DNA from: Myxococcales bacterium
GTDB lineage: Bacteria; Myxococcota_A; Polyangia; Polyangiales; Houyiibacteriaceae
Direction: 5' to 3'
DNA: 64,000 nt
NCBI GenBank assembly: GCA_024643985.1
Contig: JAHELW010000001.1
Coordinates: 15,884-79,883 of the forward strand
The notes below the pieces were generated by a model. The model was given only the letters and a program-made list of their open reading frames with translations, was not told the origin of the DNA and searched no databases. How positions within the stretch are numbered: position 1 is the first letter of the stretch; each line of letters starts with the position of its first letter. This document shows positions 34,663 through 43,650 of the stretch, one piece after another. The position numbers were made by a program, and so were the translations under genes.

Positions 34663-35682
34663 ATGCGCCGAACCACGGCAATCGTTCTTGCTTTTCTGCT
34701 CGGGACCGGGTGTATGCGCGGCCGGCTGAACCCGGCCCCGACGACTCCAGGTGACGATCCGGCGTTTTCGTCGCCTGAGCCGATCGAGCCGCGGGGCCTG
34801 ACATCCGATCCACCGGAGGCGCTCGCGCTACTTCCGGGCGACGTGGTCCGACTGACGACGGTGTCCGCGCAGACCGACGTCTACGAGGGCCTCATCGTCG
34901 ACGCAAAGGGACAGCTGCACGTGCCTTTGGCGGGTGACGTGCAGGTGGGTGGGCTTCCGCTCTCCGAGGCGGAGAGGACCATCGAGGGTCGACTGCGCCG
35001 ATACGACCGCTTCGTGCGGGCCAACGTTACGATTACCGCGCTCAACGGCCATGCCGCGGTGGTCACCGGGGCCGTCAACCAGCCGGGTCGCATTCAGGTC
35101 ACGCCGGGTATGAGGCTGGCAGACCTCCTCGCCATGGCAGGTGGCCCACGTACTGGGGAGGTCAACTTGATACCGTCCCTCCTCGGCAACATCGAGCTCG
35201 CGCGTCTCGTTCGAGATGGTGAGACGGTGCCGGTGAGCCTGCCGTTGGCGAGAAAGGGCGACCCCAAGCACAACATCCGGGTCCGAGCCGGCGATCAGCT
35301 GTTCGTGCCGCCCGTCACCGACCAGCTGATCATGGTCCTCGGTGAAGTGCGGAGGCCACAGCCAGTCGCGTACCGGCAGGGAATCAGCCTCACGGAAGTC
35401 CTCGCGCGATCCGGTGGAATCGACAACTCACGCGGCGATCGCAAAGACATTCGGATCGTTCGCGGCCCCCTGCGGGAGCCGCGCGTCTACACGACCAACC
35501 TCAAGTCGTTGAGCAGTGGCGGCGCCACCGACGTTATCTTGGCTCCTGGCGACATCATCTACGTGAGCAGGGCTTGGTATGCGAGCACCGCCGACGTGCT
35601 GAACGCGATCTCACCGATTCTGTCGCTCGCCAACTCCGTTGCCATCCTTGCGGTCGCAGGAGCGATCGGTACCAACAGATAG
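34663..35682 (+). CDS. polysaccharide export protein (Wza-like, Poly_export + SLBB)
   Basis: Lipobox FLLGTGC, a Poly_export block (PGDVVRLT...DAKGQLHVPLAGDVQVGGLPLSEAE), and an SLBB-like block (VVTGAVNQPGRIQV..GMRLADLL). Confidence 0.8.
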   Translation: MRRTTAIVLAFLLGTGCMRGRLNPAPTTPGDDPAFSSPEPIEPRGLTSDPPEALALLPGDVVRLTTVSAQTDVYEGLIVDAKGQLHVPLAGDVQVGGLPLSEAERTIEGRLRRYDRFVRANVTITALNGHAAVVTGAVNQPGRIQVTPGMRLADLLAMAGGPRTGEVNLIPSLLGNIELARLVRDGETVPVSLPLARKGDPKHNIRVRAGDQLFVPPVTDQLIMVLGEVRRPQPVAYRQGISLTEVLARSGGIDNSRGDRKDIRIVRGPLREPRVYTTNLKSLSSGGATDVILAPGDIIYVSRAWYASTADVLNAISPILSLANSVAILAVAGAIGTNR

Positions 35683-36333
35683 ATGCACAAACCGCTCTTT
35701 CATCGACTGCTTCCGGACGATATCGAGACGGAAGAGGTCGACCCGCACTCGGTGGCCGGGGGTCTCTTGAGCGCGGAAAAAGAGGCGATCGAAGGGGCCG
35801 CACCGTCGAGGGTCGAGCAGTTCACCGCGGGGCGGGTGTGCAGCCGAATCGCACTGGGCCGATTCGGGGTCGCCGCCACGACCCCCATCCCACGAGGCGA
35901 GGACCGTGCGCCGATCTGGCCGGACGGCTTCACGGGCAGCATTTCGCACACGGACACCTGGTGTGCCGCGGCGGTGGCTCGACGCGTCGACGTGCGCTGC
36001 GTCGGCATCGATCTCGAGCCGGCCACGCCGCTCAAGGAGTCCCTGTGGCGCCGCGTCTGCACGGCTGACGAGCGCGATAGGCTGCGCTCGCTCCCCGATT
36101 CGGGGCTCATGGGCAAGATCCTCTTCAGCGCCAAGGAGGCAGTCTACAAATGCCAGTACCCCATCACGGGGCAGTTCCTCGGGTTCCACGCCGTCGACGT
36201 CGAAGTCGGTGACGGCTCGTTCCGAGCCGTCTTCCGGCAACCTGCTGGCGAGTTTCAGCCGGGTGACGTCGTCTCGGGCCGCTACCTGGTGGAAGAGGGA
36301 CTCGTTGCCTCCGCGTGCGAGATTCGGCGGTGA
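35683..36333 (+). CDS. 4-prime-phosphopantetheinyl transferase (EntD/Sfp type)
   Basis: SISHTDTW, VGIDLE and FSAKEAVYK motifs. The ATG is immediately adjacent to the upstream stop. Confidence 0.8.
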   Translation: MHKPLFHRLLPDDIETEEVDPHSVAGGLLSAEKEAIEGAAPSRVEQFTAGRVCSRIALGRFGVAATTPIPRGEDRAPIWPDGFTGSISHTDTWCAAAVARRVDVRCVGIDLEPATPLKESLWRRVCTADERDRLRSLPDSGLMGKILFSAKEAVYKCQYPITGQFLGFHAVDVEVGDGSFRAVFRQPAGEFQPGDVVSGRYLVEEGLVASACEIRR

Positions 36334-36728
36334 ACGGAGACCCCATCACCGTGGTGATCGACGTTCCTCGAGGGAGCTTCATCAAACGAAGCGACGACGG
36401 ATCGGTCGACTTCGTGTCGCCGTTGCCGTCTCCGTTCAACTACGGACACGTGCCCGACACCGTAGCCGAGGACGGTGAAGGATTCGACGCCGTCGTTCTC
36501 GGACCCCGACTGGCGCGCGGCTTGGAGTCCTCCGTCGTGGTTCGGGGGAGGGTGGGGTTCGTCGATGCGGGCGCCCCGGACCCCAAGTGGATTTGCGCGG
36601 CCGCTCCTCTGAGCGAATCGGAGCGCCGCCGCGTCGAGGGGTTCTTCCGTCGCTACGCGTGTGCAAAACGCTGGATCAACCGGGTTCGCGGGAAACAGGG
36701 TCCGACGGAATACCTCGGCTGGCTTTGA
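36315..36728 (+). CDS. short inorganic-pyrophosphatase-like protein
   Basis: VVIDVPRGSFIKR...FNYGHVPDTVAEDGEGFDAVVLG...VDAGAPDPKWI follows the family I PPase core order but is only about 135 aa. The start is GTG 36315 or GTG 36330, the latter overlapping the PPTase TGA. Confidence 0.6.
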   Translation: MRDSAVNGDPITVVIDVPRGSFIKRSDDGSVDFVSPLPSPFNYGHVPDTVAEDGEGFDAVVLGPRLARGLESSVVVRGRVGFVDAGAPDPKWICAAAPLSESERRRVEGFFRRYACAKRWINRVRGKQGPTEYLGWL

Positions 36729-36759
36729 CCCGCCCCGTCGTGCAGACTTTCCTACTCGT

Positions 36760-37944
36760 TTGCGCAAGTCCGTCGACATACGAATCTTGTCGTCGCTGAA
36801 ATCGGTCGATCCGGGCGCCTGGGACGCGCTCGCCGGCGAGGACGACCCGTTCGTCGAGCATGCGTTCCTGTCCTTGCTCGAGGAAAGCGGCTCGGTCGGA
36901 CGTGGCTCCGGGTGGGAGCCCGCGCACGTGACCGCCTGGCGAGGGAAGCGCCTGGTCGGCGCTCTGCCTCTCTATTTGAAGACGCACAGCTACGGCGAGT
37001 ACATCTTCGATTGGGGCTGGGCCGACGCCGCCTCGAGACTCGGAGTCAGCTACTACCCAAAGCTCGTTGCGATGGTTCCGGTCACGCCCGTGACGGGCCG
37101 CCGCTTCCTCCTCGCACCCGGGGAGGACGAGCAAGAGCTCGTGTCCGGCCTCATCGACGGCTGCTTCGAGGTGGCCGAGGCAACCAAGGCATCTTCGATT
37201 CATCTCCTGTTTCTGAGCGCCGAGGAGGAGAGTTGGGTCGCGCGCGACGCGCGCCTGATGAGCCGGCTCTCCTTTCAGTTTCACTGGCGAAACGCGAACT
37301 ACCACGACTTCGACGACTTCGTCGGCCGTTTTCGCTCGTCGATGCGCAAGAAGCTGCGCAAGGAACGCCGCGTCGCCGCGCAGACCTCCCTACGCATCGA
37401 CAAGCTCCATGGCGACGAGCTGAGCCTCGATGACTGGCGAACGGTCGAGCGTCTTTACCGTGCGACGTGTCGACGGAAGGGTTCCTATCCGTACTTGACC
37501 AGTGACTTCTTCGAGCTCGCTCCGACCGTGCTGAATGGCTCGCCGCTCGTCGTCGCTGCACGGGACGAAGGGAGCATCGTCGCTGCATCGCTGAACTTCG
37601 CGAAGGGCGGCCATCTCTACGGTCGCTACTGGGGGGCATCGCAGCGGCACGACATGCTTCACTTCGAGCTCTGTTACTATCGCCTCATCGAGCACGCGAT
37701 CGACCACGGAATGCGCCGTTTCGAAGCGGGTGCACAGGGCACGCACAAGCTCCGGCGAGGCCTCATGCCCGTGCCCATCCACAGCGGCCACTTCATCCGT
37801 CACCCCGTGCTGGCTCAGGCCGTCGCCGATTTTCTGCCTCGCGAGGCTGCCTCCGTCCGAGAGCAGATTCGAGAGCTCAGCCGGCACGGTCCATTCCGCC
37901 GCGATCCAGACGCCGCGGCCGAGAGTCCGAGAGCCTCCGGATGA
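36760..37944 (+). CDS. FemAB-like / DUF482 family acyltransferase-fold protein
   Basis: FVEHAFLSLLEESGSVG..GWEPAHV...LPLYLKTHSYGEYIFDWGWADA...YYPKL..MVPVTPVTG is characteristic of the DUF482 (peptidoglycan biosynthesis/recognition, FemAB-like) family. The start codon is uncertain; TTG 36760 is proposed. Confidence 0.65.
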   Translation: MRKSVDIRILSSLKSVDPGAWDALAGEDDPFVEHAFLSLLEESGSVGRGSGWEPAHVTAWRGKRLVGALPLYLKTHSYGEYIFDWGWADAASRLGVSYYPKLVAMVPVTPVTGRRFLLAPGEDEQELVSGLIDGCFEVAEATKASSIHLLFLSAEEESWVARDARLMSRLSFQFHWRNANYHDFDDFVGRFRSSMRKKLRKERRVAAQTSLRIDKLHGDELSLDDWRTVERLYRATCRRKGSYPYLTSDFFELAPTVLNGSPLVVAARDEGSIVAASLNFAKGGHLYGRYWGASQRHDMLHFELCYYRLIEHAIDHGMRRFEAGAQGTHKLRRGLMPVPIHSGHFIRHPVLAQAVADFLPREAASVREQIRELSRHGPFRRDPDAAAESPRASG

Positions 37945-39014
37945 CCTCCCTCCTCGTCTATTTCGGGCTTGCGCTCAGCGTTTCCTTCGTTTGCTCGATT
38001 CTCGAAGCCGGGCTTCTGAGCGTCACCCCTTCGCACATCGCCAAGCTAGAGCAAGATCGCCCGAAGGTCGGCCGCCACTTGCGCGCGCTCAAGCTGCACA
38101 TCGATCGTCCCTTGGCTGCGATTCTGAGTCTGAACACGATTGCCAATACGGCGGGCGCCGCCGGCGTGGGCGCCGAGGCGCAGCGTCTCTACGGCTCCCA
38201 CGCGCTTGCGATCGCGTCGGCGGTACTGACGCTCGCGATTCTCATCTTCTCCGAGATTCTTCCGAAGACACTCGGTGCGATGTACTGGCGGCGATTGACC
38301 GGCTTCATGGCAGCCGTCCTGCCCGTGATGATTCTCGCCCTGCTACCTCTCGTCTGGCTCTCGCAGGCGATCACCCGCTCGCTCAAGCGCCGGCGTGGCC
38401 CCCAAACCTTTTCCCGCGAGGAATTCGCGGCCCTGGCGCGGGTCGGGGAGGAACAGGGGGTCTTCGACGAGTCGGAGATGAGAATCCTCCGAAACCTCTT
38501 CCATTTCGGCTCGCTTTATACGCGGGACATCATGACGCCTCGCACCGTCATGTTTTCGCTCGAAGAAAACACCACCGTGCGGGATGCCGTCGCCGAGCGC
38601 GGCTCCATGATCTTTTCGCGGATTCCAATCTGGAAGGAGTCACCCGATCAGATGACCGGCTACATTCTCAAGGATCAGCTGCTGCTGCGGGCGGCCCGGG
38701 ACGAGCTCGATGTGCCGGTTCGCTCCTTCGCCCGCGAAGCACTGATGGTGCCGGACACGGTTCCCCTGCCGGCCCTCTTCGAGAAGCTGCTCGACAACCG
38801 CGAGCACATCGCCATCGTGGTGGACGAGTACGGTGGAACGGATGGTGTCGTCACCATGGAAGACGTTCTCGAAACGCTGATCGGCCTCGAAATCGTCGAC
38901 GAGATGGATTCCGTTCAGGATATGCGGGCCATGGCGCGCGCGAAATGGGAGGCACGCGCTAAGCACATCGGAAGCCGTCCGCCCGAGTCCACCGATCCCG
39001 TTCCTGAGACATGA
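37941..39014 (+). CDS. CNNM-type (DUF21 + CBS pair) membrane protein, no CorC/HlyC C-terminal domain
   Basis: DUF21 TM region (LNTIANTAGAAG), CBS pair (RDIMTPRTVMFSL; HIAIVVDEYGGTDGVVTMEDVLETLIG). ATGA overlap with the upstream gene. Confidence 0.85.
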   Translation: MTSLLVYFGLALSVSFVCSILEAGLLSVTPSHIAKLEQDRPKVGRHLRALKLHIDRPLAAILSLNTIANTAGAAGVGAEAQRLYGSHALAIASAVLTLAILIFSEILPKTLGAMYWRRLTGFMAAVLPVMILALLPLVWLSQAITRSLKRRRGPQTFSREEFAALARVGEEQGVFDESEMRILRNLFHFGSLYTRDIMTPRTVMFSLEENTTVRDAVAERGSMIFSRIPIWKESPDQMTGYILKDQLLLRAARDELDVPVRSFAREALMVPDTVPLPALFEKLLDNREHIAIVVDEYGGTDGVVTMEDVLETLIGLEIVDEMDSVQDMRAMARAKWEARAKHIGSRPPESTDPVPET

Positions 39015-39970
39015 CGGCCTCGCTCACGGGTCGGCGGTTTCCCGAGTCCAAGGCGCTGCGCTGGCTTCGTGCGCTCAAGCCGGCGAGCTGGCCGAAGCTC
39101 GTCGTGCCCGCGCTGTTCGGCCAGCTTCTCGGCGCGAGCGCGACGAGTGATTTCAGCCTCGGCGCACTCGGGTGGGGACTCGGCTTCACCGCCTTCGGGC
39201 TTGCGTTCATCGTGCTGCTCAACGATTGGGCCGATCGGGAAGTCGACTCGATCAAGCGAGAGATGTTTCCGGACGGCTGCTCACCCAAGACGATTCCCGA
39301 CGGTATTCTGAGCTCTCGCGCGGTCGGGCTCACCGGGACGGCGTGCGGCGTCCTCGCAGCCTCGCTTGCCGCCGGTGCCGAGGCCGGGCTTCACCGAAGC
39401 TTCGCCTTCGAAGCGGGTGTGGGCTGCATGCTCGTCTTCGTCGCCTACACGCTGCCGCCCGTGCGCCTCAACTATCGTGGCGGAGGCGAGCTTCTCGAGA
39501 TGCTCGGTGTCGGCGTCGCGCTGCCCCTCTACAACGTCTACCTTCAAGCAGGCGCCATCGCCCCGGGGACGTGGCCCTGGATTGCGGGTTTTTCGGCGCT
39601 CAGCCTGGCGAGCGGAATCGCGAGCGGCCTTTCCGACGAGCAGAGCGACCGTGCCGGCGGCAAGCGCACGTTCGCCTCGACGTACGGCAATCGCGTCGCA
39701 CGAAGGCTCACCGAGGCCTTGGTGCTGGCCGGCGCGGGCATTTGGTTTGCCGCGATGCTCCTGCGCCCAGACCTCGCGCCCCCGTGGGCCGCCGCACCTG
39801 CGGTTGCAATCGTGCTGTGGAACTTCGCTCGGATGAGACGTGTGAGCGACGACGCGGTCACGAACGCGTTTCGCGCTCTGGGGGCCTACAAAGACTACCT
39901 CCATCGCGCAATCTGGCATGGTACGACCGTGGCATCCGTCCTACTCTGGGTTCAATCTAGCCTCTCATGA
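39011..39970 (+). CDS. UbiA-superfamily prenyltransferase (MenA-like), paralog 1
   Basis: Asp-rich motifs NDWADREVD and DEQSDRAGGK, plus PPVRLNYRGGGELLEMLGVG. Polytopic. ATGA overlap upstream. Confidence 0.8.
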   Translation: MTASLTGRRFPESKALRWLRALKPASWPKLVVPALFGQLLGASATSDFSLGALGWGLGFTAFGLAFIVLLNDWADREVDSIKREMFPDGCSPKTIPDGILSSRAVGLTGTACGVLAASLAAGAEAGLHRSFAFEAGVGCMLVFVAYTLPPVRLNYRGGGELLEMLGVGVALPLYNVYLQAGAIAPGTWPWIAGFSALSLASGIASGLSDEQSDRAGGKRTFASTYGNRVARRLTEALVLAGAGIWFAAMLLRPDLAPPWAAAPAVAIVLWNFARMRRVSDDAVTNAFRALGAYKDYLHRAIWHGTTVASVLLWVQSSLS

Positions 39971-40698
39971 GCGCGCACGCCTTCGATCAGTCCAAGACGC
40001 CTCTCGCGGAAGTCGATTCGCGAATCGCGGCCACGCCGCGCGGTGCGCTCACCCTCGATCCGTGCCGCGAGTCGGCGAGCCCCCTGACCGAGCTCGTCGA
40101 GCGTTTGGCAAACGACGGCGAGCGACCTCACCTGGCTGCCGCCGCGTCGTCCGTTGCGGAAGCCCAGCTCGAGTGTTTTCCGGAGAACCTGCTTTGGGAT
40201 TTCGATTTCTTCCTCGCATCGGTCCACGAGCAGGCCGCAGCAGCGGACGACTACGTCGCGCGCTTGGACGAGGCGGCACGCGTCACCGTCGGCCTGATGC
40301 ATCTCTATGGGCAGCAGTCGGTGATCCAGTTTCGCTACGTTCACGACTTCATGTACGGCTTCGACTGGGCGCGATGGGTGAGAAGAGATCCCGAGGCCAG
40401 GGCGCACGTCCCTCCGTTCTCGGTCGAGTTCTTGAAGCAGGTCCAGGTGAGGGGTCGAGACATTCTCGACCTGATCGAAGCCGATGACGACGTGTATCCC
40501 CAGATAGACGACGGCGCGCCGCGCAATCCGTTTCCGTTTTCGCGAGAGCCGGAAGAGGAGCTTCGGCTGTATCGCTCTCTCTCCGAGCGCGGCTGCATTC
40601 CGATCGAGGCCTGGCGACCCGACGCCGAGCCGGATGCAACGCGCGATTTCGATGCGCTTCGTCAGGACGCTGCAAAGCGGCTCGGCATCGATCGCTAG
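39967..40698 (+). CDS. conserved-looking hypothetical protein (no family recognised)
   Basis: 243-aa ORF, translationally coupled (ATGA) to UbiA paralog 1, with coding-like composition. I recognise no motifs (ECFPENLLWDFDFFL, FRYVHDFMYGFDWARWV). Confidence 0.5.
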   Translation: MSAHAFDQSKTPLAEVDSRIAATPRGALTLDPCRESASPLTELVERLANDGERPHLAAAASSVAEAQLECFPENLLWDFDFFLASVHEQAAAADDYVARLDEAARVTVGLMHLYGQQSVIQFRYVHDFMYGFDWARWVRRDPEARAHVPPFSVEFLKQVQVRGRDILDLIEADDDVYPQIDDGAPRNPFPFSREPEEELRLYRSLSERGCIPIEAWRPDAEPDATRDFDALRQDAAKRLGIDR

Positions 40699-41552
40699 AC
40701 GCGGACTAGCATGACGGCCATCCAGGCCAGGATCAGCAGGTTGAGCGCCATGCTCGACCACCAGGCCGAGCGCAGCGGGTCCGGCGCTCGCGCCCCGATC
40801 AACAGGGGCAAGAGCGGAAGCGCGGCGGCCGCAGCCTTTGCCGGTATCGCGACGTCGGGCGTGTAGAGGAAGATTCCGAGCGCTGCAAAGGCGATGCCGG
40901 CGGATGCGAAGCGGCGCGCGGAGTTGCTCCCGTGGCGCACGGGCCACGTTCGCTTGTGTGCCCCCGTATCGTCCTCGACGTCGGGCAGCGCAGTGAGCAC
41001 GTTGCTGCAGGCACCCAGCAAGGCCGCCGGCCATATGACCCAGCCCGGCGCGAAGAACGCTTGCGTCTGAAAGTAATAGGCCAGAGACGGTAGACCGATT
41101 CCGACCCCGATTCCCTGCAGGAGCTCTCCGCCGCCACGGTAGCTCAGTCGCACCGGCGGGAAGCTGTAGAGCCACATCAGCAAGAGGGCGGCGAGGGCAT
41201 AGAAGGGCGTCCACGTTCGCCCCAAGACCGTCAACACGCACGAGTAGGCGAGAAGCAGAATCGCGGCCGCCTGGGCCGCCCGTTCGATTTGCTTCGCGCT
41301 GAGCTCACCACCCTGGATGACGCCGGAGCCACCGGAAAGGATCGTGGTCCGTCCGGAGTCTGTTTCGCGATCGGCAAAGTCATTCGCGAAAATCACGAAC
41401 AGGTGGTCGAATACACCCCAAAGAAGCGCCGCTCCGAACCACCACCAATCGAAACGACCGGTCACGTGCCACGCAGCCACGTGCCCGAGAAGCAGCGGCA
41501 TCGAGATGTTGACCTGCGCCAGAGGGCGCGCTGCCCGAATCCAGCTCTTCAT
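40695..41552 (-). CDS. UbiA-superfamily prenyltransferase (MenA-like), paralog 2
   Basis: NDFADRETD, DVEDDTGAHK, PPVRLSYRGGGELLQGIGVG. ATG at 41552 (MKSWIRAARP). The stop codon shares CTAG with the convergent hypothetical gene. Confidence 0.8.
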   Translation of the reverse strand: MKSWIRAARPLAQVNISMPLLLGHVAAWHVTGRFDWWWFGAALLWGVFDHLFVIFANDFADRETDSGRTTILSGGSGVIQGGELSAKQIERAAQAAAILLLAYSCVLTVLGRTWTPFYALAALLLMWLYSFPPVRLSYRGGGELLQGIGVGIGLPSLAYYFQTQAFFAPGWVIWPAALLGACSNVLTALPDVEDDTGAHKRTWPVRHGSNSARRFASAGIAFAALGIFLYTPDVAIPAKAAAAALPLLPLLIGARAPDPLRSAWWSSMALNLLILAWMAVMLVRV

Positions 41553-41592
41553 TCCAGCTGCCTCACTCGATATCACGATTCAATCCTGCTAG

Positions 41593-42528
41593 GTGAGTCT
41601 GGTGGATTCGGCCGGCCGGGATCTCCTTGCACGCCCCGTGCAGTTCTTCACCGGCAAGGGCGGCGTCGGCAAGTCGACTGTCCTCGCCGCGCTCGCGACG
41701 ACCGCTTCCCGATCGGGAAAGCGGCCTCTGATCGTCGAGCTCGGGGTGCACACCTCGTCCGCTCATTTATTCGGCGGGCCCGAGGTGGGTTACGAGCCCT
41801 CGGAGGTTTCGCCCGGGATTTTTGCGACCCGAGTGCAGTTCGAGCCCGCCCTCGTGGACTACATCACTTCGCGTTTGAAGCTGCGTTTCGTGGCTACGCT
41901 AGTCGCGAGAAACCACTCCCTGAGGCGGCTTTTCATGGCCGCGCCCGGAGTCGATGAGATCGTCACGCTTCATCGCGTCGCCGAGCTGGCTGCCGACGAG
42001 CAATGGAGTCCGATTCTGGTCGACCTGGAGTCGACCGGACACGCCCTCATGTTCTTCGACTTGCCGACGGTTCTCGAGGCCTTCCTCAAGGACGGACCTC
42101 TTCGCCAAGTCCTCGACAGCGCAACGCAGCTCGTTCGCGACCCGGCGCGGTCTGCGATCCACATCGTGACGGTTCCCGAGCCGCTCGCGGTGAACGAAAC
42201 CATCCAGCTGCATCGTGGGCTCCGAAAGCGAGAGGGCCTTCACCTCGGCTGCCTCTTCGTCAATCGGGTACCCCGTACCTGGCTGACCCGGGAGGAGCGG
42301 CGGGTCGTCCTCGAAGAGCTCGCGGGCCCGAGCGCGGACGAGCCGTGGTCCTCGGACCTCGTCTTGGCCGAGTATCTCGCGCGTCGCGCGGAGACGGCAG
42401 ACAAGTGCATGCGCGGCCTTCGCCGGGACGTCGATCTTCCGACGATCGCGCTTGGCGCAACCACCGAAGACGGAGCCGGGATCATCGATTCGCTCGCGGA
42501 CATGCTGACCCGTGAGGGCGTATCGTGA
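41593..42528 (+). CDS. ArsA/Get3-family ATPase-like protein (half-size, divergent)
   Basis: Deviant Walker A FFTGKGGVGKSTV with one nucleotide-binding domain. GTG start. Confidence 0.75.
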   Translation: MSLVDSAGRDLLARPVQFFTGKGGVGKSTVLAALATTASRSGKRPLIVELGVHTSSAHLFGGPEVGYEPSEVSPGIFATRVQFEPALVDYITSRLKLRFVATLVARNHSLRRLFMAAPGVDEIVTLHRVAELAADEQWSPILVDLESTGHALMFFDLPTVLEAFLKDGPLRQVLDSATQLVRDPARSAIHIVTVPEPLAVNETIQLHRGLRKREGLHLGCLFVNRVPRTWLTREERRVVLEELAGPSADEPWSSDLVLAEYLARRAETADKCMRGLRRDVDLPTIALGATTEDGAGIIDSLADMLTREGVS

Positions 42529-43604
42529 TCGAGCTCGACGACGATTGCGAGCTCGCCTTCTGCGTAGGCGTCGGAGGCGTCGGCAAGACGACTTTTGCTG
42601 CAGCGCTAGGTCTTCGCGAGGCCCTTCGCGGGCGCAGGGTCCTCGTGCTCACGGCGGATCCGGCGCGTCGGCTCGCTGACGCGCTCGGCATCCGGGGCAT
42701 TCGAAACGCACCGTCCGACGTTCCGCTTCCCGGCGGCCCGAGGGGCGGCGAGCTTCATGCCGCGATGCTCGAGACCAAGGCCAGCGCGGACGAGATCATT
42801 CGTCGTGCCGCGAGCGATGATGGGAGGGCGGAGCGGGTCCTCCGAAATCGGATCTACCAGGCGTTTTCGAACACGCTGGCGCGGTCACACGCGTACGCTG
42901 CCATGGAGCGCGTTCACGAGACGGTGCACGATCCGCGCTACGATCTCGTCGTCGTCGACACGCCGCCGGCCCAGAGCTCGATCGAGATCCTCGACGCCCC
43001 AGTGCGCCTCGTTCGTTTTCTCGACCAGCGAGTCGTCCGCTGGTTTCTCCAGGCCTCGGGCGACGCTTCTCCTCGCTATGGAGAGACGCTCGCTCAGCGA
43101 CTGCTGCGGACCGTGGCAGGCGACTCGCTCGTTTCCGCTTTGACCGAGTTTCTGACGGAGATGGCGTTTCTGCGCGAGGGCTTTGCCGCGCGGGCTAAAG
43201 AGGTGAGCGATCTGATGAGATCGCCGCGAACGAAGTTCCTCCTCGTTTCGTCTCCGGACTCGGTTGGGCTCCAGGCTGCGCGATCCGTCACCGCCGAGGT
43301 GCTCGACCGCGGCTTCGAGCTGGCGCACGTCGTCTTCAACCGAGCGTTCGTGCCTCGGGTCGACCTCGGCCCGGACGCATCGATTGGGTACCCGCCGCGG
43401 CTCGCCGCCCTGGCGCCCAAGCTCGAAGGCATGCGCGGCGAGTTTCTTCGCGAGCAGAAACGCAAGCGCGCCAACATGGAGCTCTTTCGCCAAGAGCGCC
43501 CGGTGCCCGTATGGGCGCTCCCGGAGGCCACGCGGCCGCTCGGCGATCCCTCGGCGCTGGCCGGCTGGATCGACCTCGGACGTCCGGTCACAGCCATGAC
43601 GTAG
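42525..43604 (+). CDS. ArsA/Get3-family ATPase-like protein (half-size)
   Basis: P-loop GVGGVGKTT, VLVLTADPARRLADALG, VVVDTPP. GTGA overlap with the preceding ArsA-like gene. Confidence 0.8.
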   Translation: MIELDDDCELAFCVGVGGVGKTTFAAALGLREALRGRRVLVLTADPARRLADALGIRGIRNAPSDVPLPGGPRGGELHAAMLETKASADEIIRRAASDDGRAERVLRNRIYQAFSNTLARSHAYAAMERVHETVHDPRYDLVVVDTPPAQSSIEILDAPVRLVRFLDQRVVRWFLQASGDASPRYGETLAQRLLRTVAGDSLVSALTEFLTEMAFLREGFAARAKEVSDLMRSPRTKFLLVSSPDSVGLQAARSVTAEVLDRGFELAHVVFNRAFVPRVDLGPDASIGYPPRLAALAPKLEGMRGEFLREQKRKRANMELFRQERPVPVWALPEATRPLGDPSALAGWIDLGRPVTAMT

Positions 43605-43650
43605 CGCGCCCCCGCCTTTTCGTGCCATCCTCACGACACCGAGAAACGAC

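Noticed and set aside
39952-41241. 429-aa minus-strand ORF, and other long Arg-rich ORFs across 37730..39960
   Set aside because: They overlap the CNNM, UbiA and unknown genes in other frames, and their composition is typical of non-coding frames in high-GC DNA.
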